Under the pieces are notes generated by a model. It ran no database searches and was not told where the DNA came from. It saw nothing but the letters and a program-made list of their open reading frames with translations. Positions 40,369 to 50,974 of a stretch of 64,000 nucleotides of DNA are shown piece by piece (position 1 is the first letter of the stretch; each line of letters opens with the position of its first letter). The stretch comes from Gemmatimonadales bacterium (GTDB taxonomy: Bacteria; Gemmatimonadota; Gemmatimonadetes; Gemmatimonadales; GWC2-71-9), in NCBI GenBank assembly GCA_041615815.1, contig JBFJCP010000016.1, positions 1-64,000 on the forward strand, written 5' to 3'. The position numbers and the translations under genes were made by a program.

Positions 40369-41091
40369 ATGCGGGACGTGCGAATCCTTCTGCTCCAAGC
40401 ACGGGACCAAGACGATCCCATGCGTCGCGAGGAGCGCATCTCGTTTGCCACGAAGGCCGGACTCGACCTTGCGCAGTTCGTCCCGCACGACCTCCTCGGT
40501 GGTCCACCCACACTAGGCCAGATTCGTGCGCACGACGCGATGATGGTGGGTGGGAGTGGCGACTATTACGTCTCCAAGCGAAACTTGCCGGCATTCGACG
40601 AGTTGCTCGACGTCCTGCGCGACGTGATCGAAGTTGGATATCCCGTCTTTGCATCGTGCTTCGGTTTCCAGCTGATCGTTGCCGCCCTCGGCGGATCCAT
40701 TGTGCATGACCGAAGTGCAGCGGAGGTGGGTACGTACGAGCTGATGCTCACCGAGACCGGCGTCCAGGACGAGCTGCTGGGGACCCTTCCGAGACGGTTC
40801 CGCGCACAGCTCGGCCGGAAGGACCGGGCAGCCACGCTGCCCCCCGGCGTAGCGCACTTGGCCTCGAGCGAGCGTTGTCCCTACCAGGCACTCCGCATTC
40901 CGGGCAAGCCCATCTGGGCGACCCAGTTTCACCCCGAGCTCAACGTGGTGGAGAACCGCGCGCGGTTCATCCGCTATATGGACGGTTATGCCCTGACCGA
41001 GGACATCGATCGGGACAGGATTTTCGAGCGTTTCGTCGCGTCACCGCATACCGCAGCGCTGATTCCTCGGTTCCTCGAGCTGATTCGGTAG
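40369..41091 (+). CDS. Type 1 glutamine amidotransferase (GMP synthase-like)
   Basis: GGSG, SCFGFQ, TQFHPE. Confidence 0.88.
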   Translation: MRDVRILLLQARDQDDPMRREERISFATKAGLDLAQFVPHDLLGGPPTLGQIRAHDAMMVGGSGDYYVSKRNLPAFDELLDVLRDVIEVGYPVFASCFGFQLIVAALGGSIVHDRSAAEVGTYELMLTETGVQDELLGTLPRRFRAQLGRKDRAATLPPGVAHLASSERCPYQALRIPGKPIWATQFHPELNVVENRARFIRYMDGYALTEDIDRDRIFERFVASPHTAALIPRFLELIR

Positions 41092-41323
41092 ACCCACACC
41101 TGGACGTGTTCGGCCAGCGGGGCGGCGTGAGTGTTGGCCATGGCAATACGCCCGTGCGGTGCTCTTCTTCGCGATTCAGGTCGTGCCCTGCGCTCTGGTG
41201 GGCCGGGGAATTACGTTTCGGACCCGCCGAGTGGCTCTGGCGCCGCGTGATGCACTGGCATCGGCAGTCCATTCGGGAAGCCGCGTGATGTAGGTATCCT
41301 GAGGCTCAATCGAAAAGGAGAGA

Positions 41324-41650
41324 ATGGGAATGGGTCGCATCGCCATCGTCGGGTATCGCCCGCGCCCCGGCAGGGAGCGCGAGCTGCATGCGCTCATGAA
41401 GACACACGTTCCCACGTTGCGGCATGAGGGACTCGCCACCAAGCGCGAATCGATCGTCATGCTCGCGGCCGACGGCACGATCGTGGAGGTGTTCGAGTGG
41501 AAGTCACGGGAAGCCATCGAGGCAGCGCACTCCAATCAGGCCGTCCTCCAGATGTGGAAGCGCTACGAGGCAGTCTGCGAGTACGTGCCGATCGGAACGC
41601 TCGCGGAATGCGCCAACTTGTTCTCCGAGTTCGAGGCACTCGACATTTGA
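41324..41650 (+). CDS. Small ABM-like dimeric barrel hypothetical protein
   Basis: AAGGAG RBS; YRPRPG...EVFEWKS...AH. Confidence 0.7.
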   Translation: MGMGRIAIVGYRPRPGRERELHALMKTHVPTLRHEGLATKRESIVMLAADGTIVEVFEWKSREAIEAAHSNQAVLQMWKRYEAVCEYVPIGTLAECANLFSEFEALDI

Positions 41651-41703
41651 GTGGGTGGGGGCTCGCGAGCACACTGAACGCCAGCCGAGGGACCGCTTGG
41701 CAC

Positions 41704-42354
41704 TCAGTCGGCTTGAAACGCTACTCGGTTGTGGCTCCCGTCGCAGAACGGCTTGTTCTGCGATTGCCCGCAGCGGCAGCACCAGGCTTGCTCGGTGAAA
41801 TGGCTCGATTGCTCACCGTCGTGACTGCGGAGGTGAAACGATCCCTCGAGGAGGAGCGGACCGTCGGGCTGCGGTTTTATGGTTAGGCGGCCGGCGCGAC
41901 GCTCGGTCGTTGGCTCGTTCGGCACAGTGAAGTTGCCCTCGTCCTCAAAATCGACATCTAAGTGGCTGTTGTCACAGAACGGTTTGTTGTGCGACGCACC
42001 ACACCGGCAGAGCGCGGCACGTGTCTGTTCCGACACACCTTCCGGCGTGTAGATCTCGAGATCGCCACGCGCGTACAAGGGCCCGTCCGCCTCGACGGTC
42101 ACTTCGTTGGCCCTGGGTGGGACTTCCTCGAGCCCGCCGTCCTGGCGGGTGTACTGGAGGGCGCCCGTGGGACACGCCATCACGACATTCGCGATCTCGT
42201 CCGCATTGGCCTGCGACAGGTCCACCCAGGGCCGCCGCTTGGGATCGAAGACCCGCGGTAGTCCCTTCACGCACTCCGCCGCGTGAATGCATCGTTTGAC
42301 ATCGTAGCGGATGACGATCGCATCCGACTCGTAGGTTCGGATCGTTGGTGGCAT
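41704..42354 (-). CDS. Divergent 4Fe-4S ferredoxin domain plus two CDGSH Fe-S domains
   Basis: CIHAAEC...CPTGAL; CRCGASHNKPFCDNSH; CRCGQSQNKPFCDGSH. Confidence 0.9.
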   Translation of the reverse strand: MPPTIRTYESDAIVIRYDVKRCIHAAECVKGLPRVFDPKRRPWVDLSQANADEIANVVMACPTGALQYTRQDGGLEEVPPRANEVTVEADGPLYARGDLEIYTPEGVSEQTRAALCRCGASHNKPFCDNSHLDVDFEDEGNFTVPNEPTTERRAGRLTIKPQPDGPLLLEGSFHLRSHDGEQSSHFTEQAWCCRCGQSQNKPFCDGSHNRVAFQAD

Positions 42355-42380
42355 CTCGATAATTGGTGTGTGCGTAAGAG

Positions 42381-45038
42381 CTAAATCAACAGACTATCCG
42401 CCATCACTTCCACCATCGCCGGGCCGTCATACGCCAACGCATCGCGGATGGCTCCTCGTAACTCCGATGGCCTCGTCACTCGACGCCCCTGCCCACCACA
42501 ATTCTCAGCGAACTCCGCAAAGTTGGGATTGTGCAGCTCGGTCTGCCACACCGGCCAGGAACCGGCTCGCTGTTCCTTCGAGATCTTCCCCAGCTCGCCG
42601 TTGTTGACGAGCAAATGCGTAATGTTCATACCATGTTTGACCGCGGTCGTAAACTCTCCCATGTACTGCCCAAATCCACCATCGCCCGTCACGGCAATGA
42701 CCGGCCGCTCCGGTGCCGCGGCCCACGCGCCCATCGCCGCCGGAAATCCAAACCCGATGGAACCAAGATAGCCGGACATCAGCACCGACTGGTCGCGGCA
42801 CTCGAAGTAGCGACCAAAGGAGTATGTGTTGTTCCCGACGTCCACCGCGACGACCGCGTTCGCGGGGGCCTCGTGGGTGAGCGCATCGAAGATGAGCGCT
42901 GAGTTGATTCCCTTCCCTTCGTCGTTGGCCCTCCGACGCTGCTTTTCGTCGCGCCACAGCTTCCAGCGTGCGGCCACCGCTACGCGTTGGTCCTCGGCGG
43001 CGAGTTTCTTGGGAAGCAGGCCCTCGATCTGTTCGGCGGTTACCCCGATCTCGCCCCACACCGGGACGTCGACCGGATGGAACTTCCCCAACGCCAGGCG
43101 CTCGAAATCGACTTGAATGATCCGCTTGGTGTCATCGATCCCAGTGTGATGCGAGAAAGATGCGCCGAACACCAGCAACACGTCTGCGTTGTTCATGAAC
43201 CAGCTGGCGATGGGCGTGCCGCTTCGACCCAATACACCCGCCGCGAGCGGGTGGGCGTCCGAGATCTGACCCTTGCCCTTGAAGGTGGTGAGGACAGGGG
43301 AGCCCAGCCGTTCTGCGAGACGGGTCACGGCTTCCATGGAGCCCCGGGCACCGTATCCCACGATAATCGCGGGTCGCTTGGCCCCTGCTAGTACCTTCAC
43401 GGCTTGTTCCACCGATTCCTGGGAGGGCGCGATCTCGACGCGGCCGAGGCGGCCCTCGAGGCTCGATGCGGCTGCATCCTTCGCGGCGGGTAACACCTGC
43501 ACTTCGTCCGGAAAGATCAGGTGCGCAACATCGCGCCGCACGATGGCATGTTTGAGCGCTAGGGCCATGAGCTCGGCGTGGCTCGAGTCATGAAGCACCG
43601 TCTGGCTCCACGCCGAGACCGCGGCAAACGCGTTGGCCAGATCGATCTCCTGAAATGCCCCGGGACCCAAGACTTGGGTCTGTACCTGCCCGGTGAGCGC
43701 CAGTACCGGTGCACGGTCCACCTTCGCGTCCCAGAGACCGGTCAACAGGTTGGTAGCCCCCGGACCCGCGATGGTCAGACACGCGGCGGGTCTCCCGCTC
43801 AGCTTGGCAAAGCCGGAGCATGCAAACGCCGCTGCTCCTTCGTGGCGGATGCCGATATACGTGAGATGGCCCTTCTCGACCTGGCGCCGGAGGGCGTCCG
43901 TGAGCCCGAGGTTGGAGTGCCCCACCATACCGAAGACATGGGTCACGCCGCCGTTCACCATGGTCTCGACCATCACGTCACTCACGGTCGTGACATGCCG
44001 CACCACCTCCTCCACCTGCACGTACACGCCGTCGTCCCGTAGTGCCACCGGGAAAGTGGCCACCGCCTCATAGTCTTCCGAAGCCGCGGCGCCCGTGAGC
44101 GCATCGAACGCCCATCCGTGCCAGGGACACCGCAGCACGCCATCCGTGATCGTGCCTTCGCCAAGCGGTCCGCCTTGATGGGGACAGGCACCGCTCAGCG
44201 CCGCATGCTGGCCGTTCACCCGCAGCACCGCCACCCGTCGCGTGCCGGCTACAACGGCGCGGACCTCGCCGTCGACGAGATCGTCCACACCCGCCACGCG
44301 ATGCCACCGTTTCGCCGTTTCCCCCCCTTCTGCCCTTTCCACCTTGGCTTCACCGGCAACCCCGGGGTCCGCGAATCCGATGTAGTAGTGGGAGCCGTCG
44401 CAGAAGGGCTTGTTCTTGGAGCCTCCGCACCGGCACAACGTGTAGTGCTCGAGAGAGGCACCCTCGCCGCGCGGTTCCTCCTCCAACACGACCCCCCCAG
44501 TCACGTAGTAGGGCCCTGCACCGGTCACTTGAACGGTGGGTGACCGATCCTGGTCGCGGTGCTCGACCCCGTCCACCGAGTAGGAGAGCGCGCCGGAGGG
44601 ACACATGCGAATCGTCTCGATCATCTCGTTGGGCGCCGCTCCGTCGGGATCGATCCACGGTTCCACGCCCATCTTCCACACCTTCGGCAGATTGCTCGTG
44701 CAAAAACCGGCGTGCGCGCAGATACCACGGTTGTCATGGACGGTGATCGCCTGCCCCACGTAGTTCTCGCGGAAATCCCACGCGCCGTCAGTGGTCTTTG
44801 CGGAGTTGAAGCCGAACTTCTGATGCGTGCCGTCGCAAAACGGCTTGGTCTTGGATTGGCCACACCGGCACAGCGCCATGGTGCGCCGCGTCTTCAGATC
44901 CTCTCCCTTCGCATCGAGCAGCCTCGTCAGTCCCTTGATGACGTACGGACCGTTCGGCTCCGGGTGGATGGTGGGCCGTGAGGACGCTGCTGGCTCCGTT
45001 CGGCTCTTCGCTTTCTTGCCAGACTTCTTCCGAGCCAT
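42381..45038 (-). CDS. CDGSH-ferredoxin-CDGSH-Rieske fused to a TPP-dependent pyruvate oxidase/AHAS-like enzyme
   Basis: CRCG..KPFCDGTH; CAHAGFC..CPSGAL; CRCG..KPFCDGSH; CPHQG..CPWHG; IRHEGAAAF, GPGATN, FQEID, GDGG..NN. Confidence 0.9.
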   Translation of the reverse strand: MARKKSGKKAKSRTEPAASSRPTIHPEPNGPYVIKGLTRLLDAKGEDLKTRRTMALCRCGQSKTKPFCDGTHQKFGFNSAKTTDGAWDFRENYVGQAITVHDNRGICAHAGFCTSNLPKVWKMGVEPWIDPDGAAPNEMIETIRMCPSGALSYSVDGVEHRDQDRSPTVQVTGAGPYYVTGGVVLEEEPRGEGASLEHYTLCRCGGSKNKPFCDGSHYYIGFADPGVAGEAKVERAEGGETAKRWHRVAGVDDLVDGEVRAVVAGTRRVAVLRVNGQHAALSGACPHQGGPLGEGTITDGVLRCPWHGWAFDALTGAAASEDYEAVATFPVALRDDGVYVQVEEVVRHVTTVSDVMVETMVNGGVTHVFGMVGHSNLGLTDALRRQVEKGHLTYIGIRHEGAAAFACSGFAKLSGRPAACLTIAGPGATNLLTGLWDAKVDRAPVLALTGQVQTQVLGPGAFQEIDLANAFAAVSAWSQTVLHDSSHAELMALALKHAIVRRDVAHLIFPDEVQVLPAAKDAAASSLEGRLGRVEIAPSQESVEQAVKVLAGAKRPAIIVGYGARGSMEAVTRLAERLGSPVLTTFKGKGQISDAHPLAAGVLGRSGTPIASWFMNNADVLLVFGASFSHHTGIDDTKRIIQVDFERLALGKFHPVDVPVWGEIGVTAEQIEGLLPKKLAAEDQRVAVAARWKLWRDEKQRRRANDEGKGINSALIFDALTHEAPANAVVAVDVGNNTYSFGRYFECRDQSVLMSGYLGSIGFGFPAAMGAWAAAPERPVIAVTGDGGFGQYMGEFTTAVKHGMNITHLLVNNGELGKISKEQRAGSWPVWQTELHNPNFAEFAENCGGQGRRVTRPSELRGAIRDALAYDGPAMVEVMADSLLI

Positions 45039-45135
45039 CAAACCGTCTCCTGCGAACGGGGAAGAGTATGGGACAAGGTATGCACGACCCAGGATTGTTC
45101 CCAGGCGCCCTACGATGTGCCTGGTTGAGAGACCG

Positions 45136-45993
45136 TCAGCCGACCATCAACTCCAACACTAACACAAGGGCGCCAACGGCCCCGAAAACCATACCCAGGA
45201 TCTTCTCCATGAGACCCCCGGGAATGTAGCGACCGATTCTGCTCCCAATCGTGCTGCCCACGAGCACCCCGGGGATGCTCCACACCACGACGTTCCAAGC
45301 GGGCCGGGCGGCGAGGGCGTGAATGCCCGCACCCACGACCGCGGTGAGCGCCAGGGTAAACACGCTGGTCGCGATGGCCACTCGCACGGGCACCCGGCAG
45401 CGAATGATCATCTGCGTCGTGGTGATCTCGGGGAGTCCCGCGCTGATGAGACCAGTCAATCCACCCCCGGCGAGCGCCAGCAGGACTCCCGGTACGCGCC
45501 AGCAGGTGGGATACTCGAAGACGGTGCCGTCGCGGGCTCGAATGACCGTCTTCTTGTTCGGCGACTTGCGCCGCATGAGCGCCGATTCTCTTTCGCCGGG
45601 AATGCACTGTTCAGGGGAGGGCACGAAGAGCAGGAAGAGCGCCAGCATCGCCAGACCCGCTCCGAAGGCGAGCTTCAGCACGGCGGCCGGCACGTAGTGC
45701 GCCACCGCCGCCCCGAGCGCCACCGCCGGGACGGCGCCCAAGAGCAGCCAACGAGCCGTTGCAAAATCGACCAGGCGCTGGCGCATGTAGGACCGAAGCC
45801 CGTTGCCCATCCCAAAGACCTCGGTGAGGAGCCCGGCTCCCACCGCTTGGGCCGGTGCCAATCCCACGACCAGCATGAAGAACGGGCTGAAGAAAAGGGC
45901 CCCCGAGACACCCGACCCGATGGCAACGGTGGAAAACAGCACCGCGGCAGGAAACACCCACCAGAGATCCAGCCAAGCTATATCCATGGTCAT
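45136..45993 (-). CDS. TauE/SafE (TSUP) family exporter
   Basis: GVSGALFFSPF, AVGAGL, AIATS; about 8 TM segments. Start moved to ATG 45993. Confidence 0.85.
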   Translation of the reverse strand: MTMDIAWLDLWWVFPAAVLFSTVAIGSGVSGALFFSPFFMLVVGLAPAQAVGAGLLTEVFGMGNGLRSYMRQRLVDFATARWLLLGAVPAVALGAAVAHYVPAAVLKLAFGAGLAMLALFLLFVPSPEQCIPGERESALMRRKSPNKKTVIRARDGTVFEYPTCWRVPGVLLALAGGGLTGLISAGLPEITTTQMIIRCRVPVRVAIATSVFTLALTAVVGAGIHALAARPAWNVVVWSIPGVLVGSTIGSRIGRYIPGGLMEKILGMVFGAVGALVLVLELMVG

Positions 45994-46292
45994 GCCTGAC
46001 GATTCAAGCAGTCGAGAAAGGGACCCGGAGCTCGCGGGACGCGCGCTCAGGGAAAGGAGCAACGGCTCGATGTGGATGCCTGTGGAAACCGTGGATCCAC
46101 ACGTCAACACGTGGTGGAAAAAACGCGGAACGCGGCGTCCCCGTGAGGGATGCATACTCCACAGATCCTCCACACCGTCCTGCCTCGCCCCGAAAAGAGA
46201 ACGGCGCTTGTTTCACTCTGTGGAACGCGTAGTTTGTGACGCCCTCCGTTGGTCAAACGTCACGTCCGTGCCCAACGCGTCCATGGAGTACG

Positions 46293-46574
46293 ATGTCCGA
46301 TTACACGCCCCTCGGAATCCAAAAGCTCGCCCGTCATGCCGCCAACGATCTCACCACCGTCCGATGCCCCCGCGATAGCGTCGTCATGCGTTTACTCGCG
46401 TGCCGTGCCGAACGAATGGAAGGTGGCGCGGTGACGCGACAGGAGTTTCACCGTATCCCCAAGGGTGACTGGGAGATCCGCGACGTGGATTTTGAATGTC
46501 CGGCGTGCCGGCGGCGCGCCATGAACGTGCGTCTCGAGCGCAAGACGAGCTCGCCACATGGCATCTGGGCATAG
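46293..46574 (+). CDS. Small zinc-finger-like protein
   Basis: GGAG RBS; CPRD...CPAC. Confidence 0.6.
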   Translation: MSDYTPLGIQKLARHAANDLTTVRCPRDSVVMRLLACRAERMEGGAVTRQEFHRIPKGDWEIRDVDFECPACRRRAMNVRLERKTSSPHGIWA

Positions 46575-46580
46575 CCGCGC

Positions 46581-47396
46581 TCACCCGGTGGGCCCTGTTT
46601 GCACCTCCACCAGATCCCACACGGAGAACACCGCCCTTCCGCGAGTGAAGTTGATCGCGCGAATCTTGTAGGGTGGCTCCTGCGCGATCCAGAACCACCT
46701 GCGGTTGCCGGATGCGAATGCGACCTGGACCAGCCAGGTCTCGTATTCGCGACCGCCCTCGACGGCGACCGTCTCACGTCCAGCGACTCGCACTTCCGCC
46801 CAAAGTGCCTGTGGATCCAGCATGTTGTCCCACGCCACGCGAGCAACAAAACCCTCTTCGAGTTGCAGGGCGGCAAAGAGCAGTTCCAGCAAGGAGACTT
46901 CGAACACCGGCGAGTCAAAGTCGTAGGCGAGCTCGTTCTCGGTTCCGTCCGGCTGCGTGAGAGAGCCCCGAACGGCAGATCCTTCAAACGAAATCTGAAC
47001 TGCTCCGCCGCCCGGTGTCGTGAAGCTGCGGGCTCGGGGACGCAACGTGCTCTGCTCCAATGAAATGCTGTCCGCGATCCCGTTGGCCGGCCCGAGTGTG
47101 ATGGTCGCGCTCATCAACGAGCTGTCCCCAAGCATCGCCGGCGCAACCGCGAGCGTGGCCGGCTGTGAGCCAAACGGTACGCCGCCCAATATTTTGGTGG
47201 TGCGCCGGTAGGTCGCGCGAAACGCGCCGATTCGGGCTCCGTCCACTCGTGGGTCACCGGCCGTAATCCGGGGCGCATCCTCGGGCACGGCGGTGAACAC
47301 CGGTCTTCGCGATAGCACTATCCAGAGCAGGGTGGTCAGCACCGTCACGACGATGATACCGACCAGGACGGCCTTCAGGGCTTTGAGAACAGACAC
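46581..47396 (-). CDS. Membrane-anchored hypothetical protein (DUF3108-like)
   Basis: N-terminal TM; GRETVAV..GREYETWLV...WFW. Confidence 0.6.
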   Translation of the reverse strand: MSVLKALKAVLVGIIVVTVLTTLLWIVLSRRPVFTAVPEDAPRITAGDPRVDGARIGAFRATYRRTTKILGGVPFGSQPATLAVAPAMLGDSSLMSATITLGPANGIADSISLEQSTLRPRARSFTTPGGGAVQISFEGSAVRGSLTQPDGTENELAYDFDSPVFEVSLLELLFAALQLEEGFVARVAWDNMLDPQALWAEVRVAGRETVAVEGGREYETWLVQVAFASGNRRWFWIAQEPPYKIRAINFTRGRAVFSVWDLVEVQTGPTG

Positions 47397-47576
47397 GCGC
47401 GCCTCGCTGTCTAATGATTCGAGGACCCGCTCGACTCCCTCCTACGGTCCTCCTCCCGTCAGGTTTCCCCGTATCGCCTTGCGGGTGCTGCGGGCGGGCC
47501 GCCGAGGCCGCGCAGGTACCAGGTGACGTTCCCGCGACGCCGCGGCGCATGCGTACGAGGGCCACGGCTGGGGTCG

Positions 47577-47966
47577 TTACTTCAGTGACTGCTTGAGACT
47601 CTCCACCGCGGCGTCCACCGCGTCCGCTAGTGCCGGGGCCGCTTCGTCCGGCTTCAAGTCCGTAATCCACGTAAAGCGGCTTCCACCTCCGCTCTCGGGT
47701 TCGATCTGCATGGACGCGTGGTGGTGTGAGAAGTTGAAGGGCGACTCAGTGATCGAATAGGCAAGCCGCCGTCGCTCGTCATCGACGGACACGATGAGCT
47801 CGTTGAGCTGGCCTTGCCCGCCCAGCTCGCAAGTGCGTCGATCGCCGGCGACGGTCACGTCGCCCAGGAACGTGATGAGCTGGTTGATCTTACCGACATC
47901 GCGAACTGCCCTCCAGGCTTCGTCGGGCGACGCGCCGATCTCGAAACTGCGGTGAATCGTGGCCAT
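47577..47966 (-). CDS. SRPBCC / polyketide cyclase-like protein
   Basis: AGGAG RBS; SPDEAWRAVRD, DDERRRLAYSI, HHASMQI, WITD. Confidence 0.85.
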   Translation of the reverse strand: MATIHRSFEIGASPDEAWRAVRDVGKINQLITFLGDVTVAGDRRTCELGGQGQLNELIVSVDDERRRLAYSITESPFNFSHHHASMQIEPESGGGSRFTWITDLKPDEAAPALADAVDAAVESLKQSLK

Positions 47967-48298
47967 CAAGCTCCTCATTTGGCTGGGTCGTGTCACAATC
48001 CAATGCCATTCACGAGCCAAACACCGAGGAGGCCTTTCGGGTTTCCGCCGCCGACCCGGCCTCCAATCCGTGGCGGTCGAACGCGGCTCTGTACGGGGCC
48101 GCACGGTCATTTTGCGTCCCGGTCAATCGGGCTCCAGCATTCGCTCGAACGCGTCATTGCGTCGTGCCGGCTCCCAGCGCGCGAGTTAGATCGGGATCAC
48201 CCTCTCGTGAATGCTTCCATGAACCACTCGACGGGAGTTCAGCGCCTTGGCATGGAGGCACCCGGCAATACCCACCCCGCTATCCCCTCCTCAAGGGT

Positions 48299-48327
48299 TT
48301 GCCCGTGAAATGTTGCGAAAGCATTAT
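48299..48327 (+). promoter_or_regulatory. Candidate promoter in front of the cassette array
   Basis: TTGCCC-N17-CATTAT; each hexamer matches consensus at only 4 of 6 positions. Confidence 0.3.
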
Positions 48328-48415
48328 GGAGCATGGGCCGCAGCCTAATCCTCAGGGATGGCAGCGATTAGGTTGGCGGCACCGCTCGGCGACAGGTTCC
48401 AAGCGGTCGGTCTCT

Positions 48416-49195
48416 ATGAGTTCGGACGCACACGACCACATGACAGCAGTCGACACATTCTACAGTACTCTCGCTCCCTGGTATCACATGATTTTCGAGG
48501 ACTGGGACGCGAGCATTGCGCGCCAGGGTCGACGGCTCAACGCCATCGTCTTGGAATGTTGGGGCGCAAGGCCTCACCGGATACTGGATGTGGCGGTTGG
48601 GATCGGGACGCAGACGATCGCGCTGGCACAACACGGTCACTCGCTGATCGGTAGTGACATCGCGAGAGGCGCGCTCAGCCGAGCCCAACGTGAGCTACAA
48701 CTGCGGAACTTAGATGCCTCGCTCGTAGCAGCCGACATGGCCGAGATTCCATTAGGTCGGCGCACAGTTGATGTTATCATCTGCTGCGATAACTCGTTGC
48801 CACATCTACTGTCGACGGCCCATATCGAGCAGGCACTCACCGGTTGGCTGGACTGCGTGCGTCCGGGCGGAGGGGTTGTGATCTCGATGCGGGATTATGG
48901 GACGGCAAAGCCGGTCGGGACTGTGGAGGAACATCCGTATGGTGACCATGTTCTAGACGGTGTGCGCTATGTGTTGCGGCAGGTGTGGACGTGGGAAGAA
49001 GACCGACAGTATACACTTCGTCTGGAGATACGTCAGGCGGAGACAAACGAACTGCAAGTAGGGCCAGAGGTTCGGTATTTCGCGATTTCGCCGGCGGAAG
49101 TTGGGGCGCTGGCCTGGCGGGTGGGGTTTGCGGATGTGCGCGTAGAAACCGGCTGGTTTTACCAGCCGATTGTGATCGGATACCGTGCGTCCTAA
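48416..49195 (+). CDS. Class I SAM-dependent methyltransferase (cassette gene)
   Basis: ILDVAVGIGTQ, ADM, DNSLPHL; stop TAA lies in the attC inverse core. Confidence 0.88.
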   Translation: MSSDAHDHMTAVDTFYSTLAPWYHMIFEDWDASIARQGRRLNAIVLECWGARPHRILDVAVGIGTQTIALAQHGHSLIGSDIARGALSRAQRELQLRNLDASLVAADMAEIPLGRRTVDVIICCDNSLPHLLSTAHIEQALTGWLDCVRPGGGVVISMRDYGTAKPVGTVEEHPYGDHVLDGVRYVLRQVWTWEEDRQYTLRLEIRQAETNELQVGPEVRYFAISPAEVGALAWRVGFADVRVETGWFYQPIVIGYRAS

Positions 49196-49333
49196 CAAGC
49201 GCATGGACCTGACGAGCGCTAGCGTTCTAAAGGATTACGTTGGGTTGTTTTCTGGCCGATGGCTGTGAACCGTTCACTATTCGTGCATGCCGACGAACGA
49301 GTCGCTCGCAGGTCATGCGCAGAACCGTTAGGT
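49190..49333 (+). mobile_element. attC site (144 bp), apparently intact
   Basis: TCCTAAC-AAGCGCATGGACCTGACGAGCG...CGCTCGCAGGTCATGCGC-AGAACC-GTTAGGT: inverse core, paired L boxes with extrahelical bases, GTTRRRY core. Confidence 0.9.
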
Positions 49334-49341
49334 GGTGGCAC

Positions 49342-49845
49342 ATGGCACAGGCCAAAACACGACCGCATGGGGCCGTCAGAGCGGCGGTCATGGCACTCGG
49401 GATCGCGACCTGTTCCGCAAGCACCTTGTCCGCGCAAAGCCCACCTACGGACCGGAGTCGAGTGTCTGTCGAGGTGGCTGGGAATGGCTTGGTATACTCG
49501 GCGAACTTCGAGCACACACTGTGGCGCGGACTCGACGTGCGTGTGGGAGCTGGCGGACTTCCGTTTGAGGGGCTGCAGTATGCGTTGGGATTGGCGATGG
49601 TGGGATGGCAGGTGAACCGCGGCAGCCATGGCGTGCGTGTCGCGCTCGGTGCAGGCATCATCCGTTTTGAGGACATATTCTTCTTGGAAGGGCGCCCGAA
49701 GACGACTGTGTATGGGACCGCAGCGTTGGCCTATCGTTTTCAGCCACGCCAGCGTGGGCTGTTTCTGCAGCTCGCCTTCACGCCGGTGTTGGCGGAAGCT
49801 ACTCTTTCGCCGTGGCCGGGACTCGCGATCGGCTACGCCTACTAG
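49342..49845 (+). CDS. Secreted small beta-barrel-like hypothetical protein (cassette gene)
   Basis: ATG 8 nt after the attC core; signal peptide; ends GLAIGYAY. Confidence 0.75.
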   Translation: MAQAKTRPHGAVRAAVMALGIATCSASTLSAQSPPTDRSRVSVEVAGNGLVYSANFEHTLWRGLDVRVGAGGLPFEGLQYALGLAMVGWQVNRGSHGVRVALGAGIIRFEDIFFLEGRPKTTVYGTAALAYRFQPRQRGLFLQLAFTPVLAEATLSPWPGLAIGYAY

Positions 49846-50402
49846 TCGAGGAACGTGGTCCTTGCGGGGCGCTGCTGCCTAACAGGCGCACGAATCTGGC
49901 AGGCGTGGCAGGAGGAATTGGCTGGCCCGCATGGCGAAATAACGAAGGTGCCCGCCGGATCTCTGTGGCCCGACGCACGCATCTGGATCGAAGACTCTCC
50001 CCCACATGTCGCGGCGGCAGCCGGTTCCGCTGGTGAGGCGCCTCTACCATTGCGGCTTTCATGGCATCGTGGGCATCGCACTCCTGGCGCGATGCCTAAC
50101 CGCGGCGCATTAGACGGCACGTCGAGTTTCGTGTCGGATCTGACATGCCGGAGGGCGCTTCACGCGCGGAGGCGACGAATATCCAGGGATTATCGCTCTG
50201 TCGCTTGGGATCGTATATGTAAGAGGCGAACCTTCATCGAGGTATGCATCACGCGTAACGTTCTTCTTTGGAATGGCACTTTCACCATGCCACCTAACAC
50301 GCGCGTGCACCTGCTAAGCCGTTGGGCAGACAAGAGGGCCGGTGCATCGGGGTTCGACCGGCCCGGTGGATCAGCCTTCGAAGGGCCAGCACGAGGACAC
50401 TC

Positions 50403-50966
50403 ATGGCACTCGTGGTTCTTCTGAGGGGAGTCAACGTCGGCGGTCACAAGACCTTCCGACCTACCGTGCTCGCCAAGCAGCTGAAGCACCTGGACGCCGT
50501 CAACATCGGTGCGGCGGGCACCTTCGTCGTTCGGCAGCGAGTCACCCGGGCGCAACTCCGCGCCGAATTGGCGCGCAAGCTTCCCTTTGATACCGAGATC
50601 GTGATCTGCCAGGGCCGGGAGGTTGTCAGGTTGATGTCTCAGAATCCTTTCGCGCAGCGGCCTGTGCGACCTGACATCGTCCGCTTCGTGAGCGTCCTGT
50701 CCCGACGCCCGCGCTCGGAGCCGTCGATGCCTCTGAGCTTTCCTTCCAGCGGCAGGTGGCTGCTGAGACTCCTCGCGAGGGAGGACCGATTCGTCTTTGG
50801 CCTCTATCGGCGCCACATGAAGGTCATCAGCCATCTCGGCATGGTCGACCGCCTCTTTGGGGTACCGGTCACCACGCGCAACTGGAATACCATTGCCAAA
50901 ATCGCCAGCGTGCTGGGTAGTGAAGGGACCTCATCCAGCGGCGAGGAACGCGCTGAGCCAGAGTAG
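50403..50966 (+). CDS. DUF1697 family protein
   Basis: LLRGVNVGG and TTRNWNT; GAGGA RBS. Confidence 0.85.
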   Translation: MALVVLLRGVNVGGHKTFRPTVLAKQLKHLDAVNIGAAGTFVVRQRVTRAQLRAELARKLPFDTEIVICQGREVVRLMSQNPFAQRPVRPDIVRFVSVLSRRPRSEPSMPLSFPSSGRWLLRLLAREDRFVFGLYRRHMKVISHLGMVDRLFGVPVTTRNWNTIAKIASVLGSEGTSSSGEERAEPE

Positions 50967-50974
50967 CCTCTCGA

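Noticed and set aside
47970..48340. Integron integrase or its remnant upstream of the first cassette
   Set aside because: I could find no IntI-like N-terminus or tyrosine-recombinase motifs by eye.
48341..48375. CAGCCTAATC...GATTAGGTTG inverted repeat as attI or attC
   Set aside because: Too short, and lacks AAC/GTT cores in register; it may be a remnant but cannot be supported.
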